Source: an uncultured Prevotellaceae bacterium (GTDB lineage Bacteria; Bacteroidota; Bacteroidia; Bacteroidales; UBA3663). Taken from it: DNA of 60,593 bases. Under the pieces are notes generated by a model. It made no database searches, had not been told where the DNA came from, and was given only the letters and a program-made list of their open reading frames with translations. How positions within the stretch are numbered: position 1 is the first letter of the stretch; every line of letters starts with the position of its first letter. Positions 37,318 to 45,265 of this stretch are shown here, piece after piece. Location: NCBI GenBank assembly GCA_964530595.1, contig CAZGZL010000001.1, forward strand, positions 1 to 60,593, read 5' to 3'. Made by a program: the position numbers and the translations under genes.

Positions 37318-39588
37318 TTAGAATCTGCGACGATCGCCACGCTCACCGCGATCTCCACGGTTGCCCATAGGACGCTCGCCACGCTCACCGCGGTCGCGGA
37401 AAGGACGTTCGGGACGCTCGCCACGCGGAGCACGTTCGGGGCGTTCCTCGTAACCTTCCGGCTTCGGCTTCAACGCCTTCATAGAGAGACGGTACTTGCC
37501 GGTCTTCTTGTCGATCTCGACGAGCTTCACGGTCAGGATGTCGCCCTCCTTGATACCGGTCTCTTCCATCGTTTCGAAACGACGCCAGTCGATCTCAGAG
37601 ATGTGGAGCAAACCGTCCTTGCCGGGCATGAATTCAACGAATGCACCGAACGACTGGATATTCTTAACCGGACCGGTGTAGATTTCGCCCTCTTCGGGGA
37701 TTGCGACGATGGCGCGAATCTTGGCAACAGCTGCGTCGATCGAAGGACGATCGACAGCCGAAACAGCCACGTGACCCTTGCCGTCCGACTCTTCGATCGT
37801 AACGGTAGCGCCGGTCTCCTCTTGGATGCCCTGAATGATCTTACCGCCGGGGCCAATGACAGCACCGATGAACTCCTTGTCAATGTCGAAGGCGGTCATG
37901 CGCGGAGCGTGATCCTTGAGGTCTGCACGATACTCGGGCTGTGCTTCGAGCATCTTGCCCAGGATGTGTGCGCGGCCTTCCTTGGCCTGGAGCAGGGCCT
38001 TCTCGAGAATCTCGTAAGAGAGGCCGTTGCACTTGATATCCATCTGCGTGGCGGTGATACCCTTCTCGGTACCCGTCACCTTGAAGTCCATATCGCCGAG
38101 GTGGTCCTCGTCGCCGAGGATGTCGGAGAGGACTGCGTACTTGTCAGAGTCTTCGTCCTTGATCAGACCCATGGCGATACCCGAAACGGGACGCGTCATC
38201 GGGATACCGGCGTCGCGCATAGCCAAGGTGCTACCGCAGACGGTGGCCATAGAAGAGGAGCCGTTAGACTCGAGGATGTCCGATACGACACGCACCGTGT
38301 AGGGGAAGTCGGCCGGAATCATGCCCTTGACGGCACGCCAAGCCAAGTGGCCGTGGCCAATCTCACGACGGCCTACGCCGCGCTGAGCCTTGGCTTCGCC
38401 CGTCGAGAAGGGGGGAAAGTTGTAGTGGAGGAGGAAGCGGTCGTAACCCTGACGGAGCGCGTCATCGACCATCTTCTCGTCGAGTTTCGTGCCGAGCGTA
38501 CAGGTGACGAGGGCCTGAGTTTCACCGCGTGTGAAGACGGCTGAACCGTGAGGACCCGGAACGTAGTCCGGCTCAATCCAGATGGGGCGGACGTCGGTCG
38601 TCTTACGGCCGTCGAGGCGCTTGCCTTCGTCGAGGATGCAGCGGCGCATGGCTTCGCGTTCTACGTCGTGGTAGTAGCGCTTAATCATGCCTACGTACTC
38701 CTCGTCTTCCTTTTTCTCGTCGTCGAGGGCGTCGATGTAGCCCTGGCATACAGCCTCGAAGGCCTCTTCGCGCTCGTGCTTATTCTTATTGCCGCTCTGT
38801 GCGATGGCGTAAGCAGCGTCGTAGCACTTAGCCTTGACGTCGGCGCGCAGCTCTTCGTCGTTCACCTCGTGGCAGTATTCCATGATCGGTTTGCCGACGG
38901 CTTCCATCAACTCCTTCTGCACGCGGCAGTGGTCCTTAATGGCGTCGTGAGCAGCCTTGAGGGCGCCGAGGAGGTCGTATTCAGAGACCTCGTTCATCTC
39001 GCCTTCGACCATCATGATGTTCTCTTCGGTGGCACCGACCATGAGGTCCATGTCGGCCTGCTTCATCTGCTCGAACGTCGGGTCGATGACGAACTCGCCG
39101 TTGATGCGGACTACGCGAACCTCCGAGATGGGGCCTTCAAACGGGATGCCGGAAACGGCCATGGCTGCCGAAGCGGCCAGACCGGCCAAGGCGTCGGGCT
39201 GGTTTTCCTTGTCGGAGGAATATAAGGTGACGTTGACAAACGTCTCAGCGTGATAGTTCGAGGGGAACAGGGGACGCAAGGCACGGTCAATCAAGCGTGA
39301 GGTCAGGATTTCATAGTCGGAAGATTTGCCTTCGCGTTTGGTGAAACCGCCGGGGAAACGGCCGGCAGAAGCGTATTTCTCTTTGTACTCGACTGTGAGG
39401 GGCATAAAGTCTGTGCCCGGGGTTACATCGCGTGATGTACATACTGTGGCGAGCAACATCGTGCCGCCCATTCTCAATTCAACGGCTCCGTCGGCTTGCT
39501 TCGCCACTTTGCCGGTCTCCAAAGTAATCGTGCGCCCATCGCTCAGGGTGATCGTTTTCTTGATTGGATTGATCAATGAATTTACCAT
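37318..39588 (-). CDS. pnp: polyribonucleotide nucleotidyltransferase (PNPase) with Arg/Gly/Glu-rich C-terminal extension
   Basis: 756 aa with two RNase PH domains, a KH domain ([20 protein letters not shown]) and an S1 domain ([20 protein letters not shown]...GLLHISEI). A ~50-aa tail follows: [42 protein letters not shown]. Confidence 0.97.
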   Translation of the reverse strand: MVNSLINPIKKTITLSDGRTITLETGKVAKQADGAVELRMGGTMLLATVCTSRDVTPGTDFMPLTVEYKEKYASAGRFPGGFTKREGKSSDYEILTSRLIDRALRPLFPSNYHAETFVNVTLYSSDKENQPDALAGLAASAAMAVSGIPFEGPISEVRVVRINGEFVIDPTFEQMKQADMDLMVGATEENIMMVEGEMNEVSEYDLLGALKAAHDAIKDHCRVQKELMEAVGKPIMEYCHEVNDEELRADVKAKCYDAAYAIAQSGNKNKHEREEAFEAVCQGYIDALDDEKKEDEEYVGMIKRYYHDVEREAMRRCILDEGKRLDGRKTTDVRPIWIEPDYVPGPHGSAVFTRGETQALVTCTLGTKLDEKMVDDALRQGYDRFLLHYNFPPFSTGEAKAQRGVGRREIGHGHLAWRAVKGMIPADFPYTVRVVSDILESNGSSSMATVCGSTLAMRDAGIPMTRPVSGIAMGLIKDEDSDKYAVLSDILGDEDHLGDMDFKVTGTEKGITATQMDIKCNGLSYEILEKALLQAKEGRAHILGKMLEAQPEYRADLKDHAPRMTAFDIDKEFIGAVIGPGGKIIQGIQEETGATVTIEESDGKGHVAVSAVDRPSIDAAVAKIRAIVAIPEEGEIYTGPVKNIQSFGAFVEFMPGKDGLLHISEIDWRRFETMEETGIKEGDILTVKLVEIDKKTGKYRLSMKALKPKPEGYEERPERAPRGERPERPFRDRGERGERPMGNRGDRGERGDRRRF
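37334..37392 (-). repeat. exact 17-nt in-frame direct repeat inside the pnp tail
   Basis: TCGCCACGCTCACCGCG occurs at 37334-37350 and again at 37376-37392, 42 nt (14 codons) apart. Each copy encodes RGERG(D/E). Confidence 0.85.
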
Positions 39589-39620
39589 GTTTATTATATT
39601 ATTTCACTCTTAAAATCGCG

Positions 39621-39628
39621 CAAATATA
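39621..39628 (-). promoter_or_regulatory. candidate -7 box for pnp (TATATTTG on minus strand)
   Basis: CAAATATA on the plus strand lies 33 nt upstream of the ATG at 39588. Confidence 0.4.
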
Positions 39629-39725
39629 CAAATATTATTTCAGCGCGTCCGAAGCGCCCACTCTCTTTTTGCCAAAAAACACTTAATTTTTACACGATTA
39701 CGCGGTGAAATGTGATATTTATGGC

Positions 39726-39733
39726 TATATTTG
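39726..39733 (+). promoter_or_regulatory. candidate -7 box for the TlpA-like lipoprotein gene (TATATTTG)
   Basis: It lies 18 nt upstream of the ATG at 39751 and inside the longer track ORF, which argues for the 39751 start. Confidence 0.4.
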
Positions 39734-39750
39734 CGCTCAATTATTGCACT

Positions 39751-40950
39751 ATGAAAGATAACAATCTGATATACATATCGTCCGCAGTGTTGGCTCTACT
39801 CTGTAGCTGCCAATCGGATCGGTCACGTCAAGTGACCATCTCCGGCGTCGTGAATGATGCTGAAGGTACGGAGTTGATTTTGGAACACTTGGGTAGCGGT
39901 CGTCCTACGGCGCTCGATACGGTGAAGTTGGCGGCTGACGGCAAATTCTCGTTTACCGCCACACGCGAAGCCGGACCGGACTTCTTCAATCTCCGTTTAG
40001 GCGATCAGATGATTTCTTTGGTCACAGACACCTTGGGAACTCCGCTGCATATCACGACCAACGGCGCCCGCTTTGCTACGGACTACGTTGTGGAGGGTTC
40101 GGATCAAAATATGCGCCTGAAGGAGGCTGCACAGGAGGTAAGTCGCCTGCGCCGTCAGATAGCGGACGTTGCCGCCGCCTACAATCGTCAAGATGTGGAT
40201 GCCGAGACATTCCGTGATTCGGTTTACAACGTGGTGGATCGTTACAAGAAGCAAGCACTCACTACATATATATATGTGAATCCCACGGATCCGGTGGCGT
40301 ATTATTTGCTCTTCCAAACAGTGGGTGGTGTTGCGCTTTTTGATCCCTATAACACGGACGACAATCGCGCCTATGGAGCGATTGCCACCGGGTGGAAATA
40401 CAACTACAGCGCTTCGCCCCGTTGTACCCATCTCGAAAAGTTGACGATGGAGGGACGTGCCGCACGTCTCCAAGCCGCGCGTCAGGCGCAGGTGGCAGAC
40501 AGTCTGGTGCAGAGCAAGGTTTCGGAACGTAACTATTTCGACCTCACGTTGCCCAACAACCTCGATCAGCAGATCAGCTTGTCGTCGCTCGTGGATGCCG
40601 GCAAAGTGGTTGTGTTGGACTTCACCGCCTACAGTTTGCCCGCTTCGGTGGGGCACAACATGAAGTTGGCAGAATTGTATCGTCAGTATGGCAGCGACGG
40701 CTTGGCGATCTATCAGATTTGTTTGGATCAGGACGTTAATTTCTGGAAGACGAGCGCCGACAATGTTTCTTGGACGGTAGTACGTGATCCGGAAGTGCGC
40801 TTTAACAACGGACAGGTGTATTCTTATCCGGCGTCACTCTACAACGTGCAGCAGTTGCCGATGTCGTACATCTTCAACCGCGCCGGCGAGATCGCTTCGC
40901 GTGCCGATGATGATGCCGCGTTGGAGAGTGCCGTGCGTAAACAGTTCTGA
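39751..40950 (+). CDS. lipoprotein with DUF4369-like N-terminal domain and thioredoxin/TlpA-like C-terminal fold lacking the CxxC active site
   Basis: Lipobox LLCSC. The N-terminal beta-domain reads VTISGVVNDAEGTELILEHLG...GKFSF. The C-terminal region KVVVLDFTAYSLPASVGHNMKLAELYRQYGSDGLAIYQICLDQD is colinear with the TlpA/ResA block (vvlDFWAsWCgPCr). SLPAS stands where WCxxC is expected (40621-40647). Confidence 0.7.
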   Translation: MKDNNLIYISSAVLALLCSCQSDRSRQVTISGVVNDAEGTELILEHLGSGRPTALDTVKLAADGKFSFTATREAGPDFFNLRLGDQMISLVTDTLGTPLHITTNGARFATDYVVEGSDQNMRLKEAAQEVSRLRRQIADVAAAYNRQDVDAETFRDSVYNVVDRYKKQALTTYIYVNPTDPVAYYLLFQTVGGVALFDPYNTDDNRAYGAIATGWKYNYSASPRCTHLEKLTMEGRAARLQAARQAQVADSLVQSKVSERNYFDLTLPNNLDQQISLSSLVDAGKVVVLDFTAYSLPASVGHNMKLAELYRQYGSDGLAIYQICLDQDVNFWKTSADNVSWTVVRDPEVRFNNGQVYSYPASLYNVQQLPMSYIFNRAGEIASRADDDAALESAVRKQF

Positions 40951-41003
40951 CAAAAAGCGTACGAACGATACAACAAAAATAAAATTCAAACGTTAATATA
41001 GAA

Positions 41004-41036
41004 ACGTCCCGCAGCACTCCTAATGCTGCGGGGCGT
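41004..41036 (+). terminator. hairpin terminator after the TlpA-like gene
   Basis: A 13-bp stem (ACGTCCCGCAGCA / TGCTGCGGGGCGT, one G-T pair) with a 7-nt loop lies 54 nt after the stop. There is no U-tract on the plus strand. Confidence 0.5.
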
Positions 41037-41274
41037 CCCTAAAATCGGGCAGCCAAGGCTTCCCCTCAGATGGAGGAAACCGAGAGCCTTGATAAACATT
41101 ATTTAGAGTTATACACTGAAAATATTCCGGACGAGATAATCCGGGATAGTTTTTTTCGTTTTGTAGCGGTCGCCTCGCAGGACGGTCGCCACAGAGCGCT
41201 CGACACGACGATTCCCGAACGCCGTGCACGGGGTATTGGTAATGAATAAACTATTTAATCTAAAAAATATCACT

Positions 41275-41745
41275 ATGGCAGTAAGTTACATGTCAGAGGA
41301 TGGATATAAGAAGATCCTCGAAGAAATCAACTATCTGGAAAGCGTAGAACGTCCGAAGGTGTCGGCACAAATCGCCGAAGCTCGCGACAAGGGAGATCTG
41401 TCGGAAAACGCCGAGTATGACGCCGCTAAGGAGGCGCAGGGAATGCTCGAAATGCGCATCGCCAAACTGAAAGATCAGGTGGCTAACGCACGAATCATTG
41501 ACGAATCTAAATTGCAGACAGACTCTATTCAGATCATGAGCAAGGTGCACCTCAAGAATACCAAGACACAGCAGGAGATGAATTACGTCATCGTCGCTGA
41601 GAGCGAAGCTAACTTGCGCGAGGGCAAAGTCTCGATCAAAACACCGATCGCTAAAGCTCTGTTGGGCAAGAAAGTGGGTGACGTGGTAGAAATCAAAGTG
41701 CCGGCAGGCTTGCTCTCTTTGGAGATCTTGAATATCTCGATTTGA
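41275..41745 (+). CDS. greA: transcription elongation factor GreA
   Basis: 156 aa from the ATG at 41275. The coiled-coil N-domain carries the acidic tip ARDKGDLSENAEYDAAKEAQ. The C-terminal FKBP-like domain reads ...PIAKALLGKKVGDVVEIKVPAG. Confidence 0.93.
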   Translation: MAVSYMSEDGYKKILEEINYLESVERPKVSAQIAEARDKGDLSENAEYDAAKEAQGMLEMRIAKLKDQVANARIIDESKLQTDSIQIMSKVHLKNTKTQQEMNYVIVAESEANLREGKVSIKTPIAKALLGKKVGDVVEIKVPAGLLSLEILNISI

Positions 41746-41793
41746 TAGGTACAACCGAATTGTATCAAACGTTTTACATATATTATATACGCT

Positions 41794-42192
41794 ATGGCAA
41801 GTATCTTTTCACGAATCGTAGCAGGTGAGATTCCGAGCTACAAGGTGGCTGAAGATGAGCGCTTCTACGCCTTCTTGGACATCAATCCCGTGGCAAAAGG
41901 TCACACGTTGGTCATCCCCAAACAGGAGATAGATTATCTGTTCGATGAGGCCGACGAACTGTTGGCAGCACATATGCTCTTCGCAAAGAAGGTCGCCGCA
42001 GCCCTCAAGAAGGCTGTCCCCTGTCTGCGCGTAGGCGTCTGCGTGATGGGTTTGGACGTGCCGCATGCACACATTCATCTGATCCCGATGTCATCCGAAG
42101 CCGACATGGATTTCAAGAAAGAACACCTCAAGCTTAGTGCCGAGGAAATGTCTCAGATCGCCGAAGCGGTGCGCAAGGAATTCGAAGCCTAA
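41794..42192 (+). CDS. HIT-family (histidine triad) nucleotide hydrolase
   Basis: 132 aa: IFSRIVAGEIPSYKV, NPVAKGHTLVIPK and the histidine triad HAHIHLIP. Confidence 0.9.
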   Translation: MASIFSRIVAGEIPSYKVAEDERFYAFLDINPVAKGHTLVIPKQEIDYLFDEADELLAAHMLFAKKVAAALKKAVPCLRVGVCVMGLDVPHAHIHLIPMSSEADMDFKKEHLKLSAEEMSQIAEAVRKEFEA

Positions 42193-42241
42193 CCGTTCGT
42201 GCGGACGGTCGACGCTACAAATAATTAAAACATACAACGCA

Positions 42242-42940
42242 ATGAATAACGACTTTTATAAATACGCGACGAAGCATTTGGGCATGAATGGTAATGCGTT
42301 AGATCAATATGCTTCCATTATCTCCAAATCGCAGATGGCCATGCGTGCCGATTACATCAACCCGACGATCATTGAGGAGCGTCCGTTGAATGTGGCTCAG
42401 ATGGACGTATTCAGCCGCTTAATGATGGATCGCATCATTTTCCTCGGAACAGAGATTAATGACTATTCCGCCAACGTTGTCCAAGCGCAGTTGCTCTATT
42501 TGGACAGCGCCGACCCCGGCAAAGATATCTCTATCTACATCAACTCGCCCGGCGGCGTCGTGTACGCCGGATTAGGCATCTACGACACGATGCAGTACAT
42601 CAAGAGCGATGTGAGCACCATTTGTACCGGTATGGCGGCATCTATGGCGTCGGTCCTCTTGGTGGCAGGCAAGGAGGGAAAGCGTTTCGCTTTGCCCCAC
42701 AGCCGCGTGATGATTCATCAGCCTATGGGCGGCGCCCAAGGTCAAGCCAGCGACATGGAGATCACGGTCAATGAGATCAAAAAGCTCAAATCGGAGCTCT
42801 ATACGATCATTTCTAACCACTCGCACCAACCTTTCGAGAAGATCGAGGCAGATTCGGATCGCGACTATTGGATGACGGCTGCCGAAGCCAAAGAGTACGG
42901 CATGATTGACAACGTTCTGGTGAGAAATGAATCCAAATAA
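42242..42940 (+). CDS. clpP: ATP-dependent Clp protease proteolytic subunit
   Basis: 232 aa from the ATG at 42242. Motifs: RIIFLGTEINDYSAN, INSPGGVVYAGLGIYDTM, active-site GMAASMASVLL and MIHQPMGG. Confidence 0.95.
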   Translation: MNNDFYKYATKHLGMNGNALDQYASIISKSQMAMRADYINPTIIEERPLNVAQMDVFSRLMMDRIIFLGTEINDYSANVVQAQLLYLDSADPGKDISIYINSPGGVVYAGLGIYDTMQYIKSDVSTICTGMAASMASVLLVAGKEGKRFALPHSRVMIHQPMGGAQGQASDMEITVNEIKKLKSELYTIISNHSHQPFEKIEADSDRDYWMTAAEAKEYGMIDNVLVRNESK

Positions 42941-42965
42941 ATTGCATAAATAAGATTATAGATAA

Positions 42966-44204
42966 ATGGCAAAAAATATTGATAGATGTTCTTTCTGCGG
43001 ACGTTCGCGTAAGGATGTCTCAATACTGATTTCGGGCATTGACGGCTTCATCTGCGAGAGTTGTGCGTCACAGGCAAATTCTATGGTTCAGGAGGCCATG
43101 CGCCAGATTCATGCAGACGAGCCCAAGTTCGAGCACGATTTGAAAGATCTGCCGAAGCCGGCTGAGATCAAGGCCTTCTTGGACGGCTACGTGATCGGTC
43201 AGGATGAGGCAAAGCGTAATCTCTCTGTAGCGGTCTACAATCATTACAAAAGATTGTTGCAGCCTGACAATAAAGATGATGTGGAGATCGAGAAGAGCAA
43301 CATCATTATGGTGGGGTCGACCGGAACCGGCAAGACGCTTTTGGCGCGCACCATCGCACGAATGTTGCATGTTCCGTTCGCGATTGTCGATGCTACCGTG
43401 CTGACCGAAGCCGGCTATGTCGGCGAGGACATCGAGAGCATTCTGACACGCCTTTTGGAGGCTGCTGACTTCAACGTCGAAGTGGCTGAGCGTGGCATCG
43501 TCTTCATCGACGAGATCGATAAGATTGCCCGCAAAAGCGACAATCCGAGCATCACACGCGACGTGAGCGGCGAGGGGGTACAGCAAGGTTTGCTGAAGCT
43601 CTTGGAGGGTTCGTTGGTCAATGTGCCACCTCATGGCGGACGCAAGCATCCCGAACAGAAGATGATTGAGGTAGATACCAAGAACATCCTCTTCATTTGC
43701 GGCGGTGCTTTTGACGGCATTGAGCGCAAGATCGGACAGCGCCTCAACACCCGTTCGGTCGGTTTCTCGACGAGCGAGGAGCAGAAGGAGGTGGATCGTT
43801 CCAATCTCTTGCAATACATTACACCGGCAGATCTCAAATCTTTCGGATTGATTCCGGAGATCATCGGTCGTTTGCCGATATTGACCTACTTGCAGCCGTT
43901 GGATGCTCAGGCGCTGCGCCGCATCTTGGTCGAGCCGAAGAATGCAATCATTAAGCAGTACGTTAAGTTGTTCGACATGGATGGCATCAAGCTTACCTTC
44001 GACGACGAGGTTTATCAATACATTGTAGACAAAGCCATCGAATACAAGCTCGGCGCCCGCGGTTTGCGTAGTATTGCCGAAAGCATTATGATGGAAGCCA
44101 TGTATGAGATGCCTTCGCAGAAAAAGAAGTCACTGCACGTCACCCTTGAATACGCCAAGGCAGAACTTGCCAAAGCAAACATGGATCGTCTGCGTATTGA
44201 ATAA
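42966..44204 (+). CDS. clpX: ATP-dependent Clp protease ATP-binding subunit ClpX
   Basis: Zinc-finger N-terminus CSFCGR...CESC, Walker [14 protein letters not shown], Walker [10 protein letters not shown] and sensor/IGF-loop regions. Confidence 0.96.
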   Translation: MAKNIDRCSFCGRSRKDVSILISGIDGFICESCASQANSMVQEAMRQIHADEPKFEHDLKDLPKPAEIKAFLDGYVIGQDEAKRNLSVAVYNHYKRLLQPDNKDDVEIEKSNIIMVGSTGTGKTLLARTIARMLHVPFAIVDATVLTEAGYVGEDIESILTRLLEAADFNVEVAERGIVFIDEIDKIARKSDNPSITRDVSGEGVQQGLLKLLEGSLVNVPPHGGRKHPEQKMIEVDTKNILFICGGAFDGIERKIGQRLNTRSVGFSTSEEQKEVDRSNLLQYITPADLKSFGLIPEIIGRLPILTYLQPLDAQALRRILVEPKNAIIKQYVKLFDMDGIKLTFDDEVYQYIVDKAIEYKLGARGLRSIAESIMMEAMYEMPSQKKKSLHVTLEYAKAELAKANMDRLRIE

Positions 44205-44242
44205 AAATGCCGCAGGTGTGCGACGCATCATAAAAACACAAC

Positions 44243-45265
44243 ATGATCAAATTTCGCACTGAAATAGAAAAGGTACTATCGGAACATCCTTTGGATTGCT
44301 CCGATAGTATTTTGATTTTAGGCTCTTGCTTTGCGGATCATATCGGGCGTTGGCTTCGAAGCTATTATTTAGACGTCACGTGCAATCCTTTCGGTACCCT
44401 CTACAATCCAGAGAGCATTGCCCTGACGCTGCAAAACTTGCTGACCGGACGACGTTATGATCCGGAACGGGACTTGGCTGAAGGCACGTTGGCGTACAGT
44501 GAGACGGAAGGTCGCTATTTTAGCTTCGAGCACCACGGCTCTCTCTCCGCCGAGACTCCGGAGGCGTTGTGTGACCTACTGAACAGAACCACCGAAGAGG
44601 CGGGTGCTGCATTGGCGCGCAGTCGCCATCTGTGGCTCACGTGGGGCACCGCATGGGTCTACGAACGTTCCGAGAATCATCGTGTGGTAGCCAACTGTCA
44701 CAAATTCCCACCTGCATGCTTCGAACACCGTCGGCTGGCGGTAGGGGAGATCGTAGAACGGTGGAGTAAGTTACTCGCACGGTTGCCGCATCTGCACGTT
44801 GTTTGCACGGTGAGTCCCATCCGTTATGTCAAAGAGACACTGCACGGCAATCAGCTGAGTAAGTCCATCCTCCTCTTAGCTTCGGAGGAGCTTGCGCGTC
44901 GGTTCCCCGACCGCGTAGAATATCTACCCATCTACGAACTTTTGATGGACGATCTGCGGGACTATCGTTTTTACGCCGCGGATTTGGTGCATCCTTCCGA
45001 TGTTGCGGTCGAAGTGGTGCGGCAATACGTCGCCGAAACGCTGCTTTCGCCGCGTTGTCGTAATTACATCGCCGAAGTCACCCCGCTCATTAAAGCGCTC
45101 GAACATCGCCCCATTCATCCCGAAAGCGAAGCGTATCACCGTTTTATCGTCCAAAATTCGTTAAAAACTGAAACTCTTAGAGAGAAATACTCTATCTTTA
45201 CGCTCGGAGAATTATACCAGAAATTTCAAGAGCGACTTTCATCACAACATGGCATATCACTATAA
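44243..45265 (+). CDS. GSCFA-domain protein (SGNH-like, function unknown)
   Basis: The eponymous motif ILILGSCFADHIG lies near the N-terminus, with HPS near the C-terminal third (LVHPSDVAV). Confidence 0.75.
   Translation: MIKFRTEIEKVLSEHPLDCSDSILILGSCFADHIGRWLRSYYLDVTCNPFGTLYNPESIALTLQNLLTGRRYDPERDLAEGTLAYSETEGRYFSFEHHGSLSAETPEALCDLLNRTTEEAGAALARSRHLWLTWGTAWVYERSENHRVVANCHKFPPACFEHRRLAVGEIVERWSKLLARLPHLHVVCTVSPIRYVKETLHGNQLSKSILLLASEELARRFPDRVEYLPIYELLMDDLRDYRFYAADLVHPSDVAVEVVRQYVAETLLSPRCRNYIAEVTPLIKALEHRPIHPESEAYHRFIVQNSLKTETLREKYSIFTLGELYQKFQERLSSQHGISL

Noticed and set aside
37255-39225. Two long plus-strand ORFs (429 aa and 225 aa) covering most of the pnp locus.
   Set aside because: They are antisense to an unambiguous PNPase gene. 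Their translations are low-complexity (Leu/Val/Arg/Asp/Gly-rich) with no recognisable motifs. This is the typical shadow ORF of a GC3-biased, highly expressed gene.
41020-41229. A 69-aa minus-strand ORF in the greA upstream region.
   Set aside because: No promoter box, no recognisable motif and Arg/Pro/Gly-rich composition. It also overlaps the terminator hairpin.
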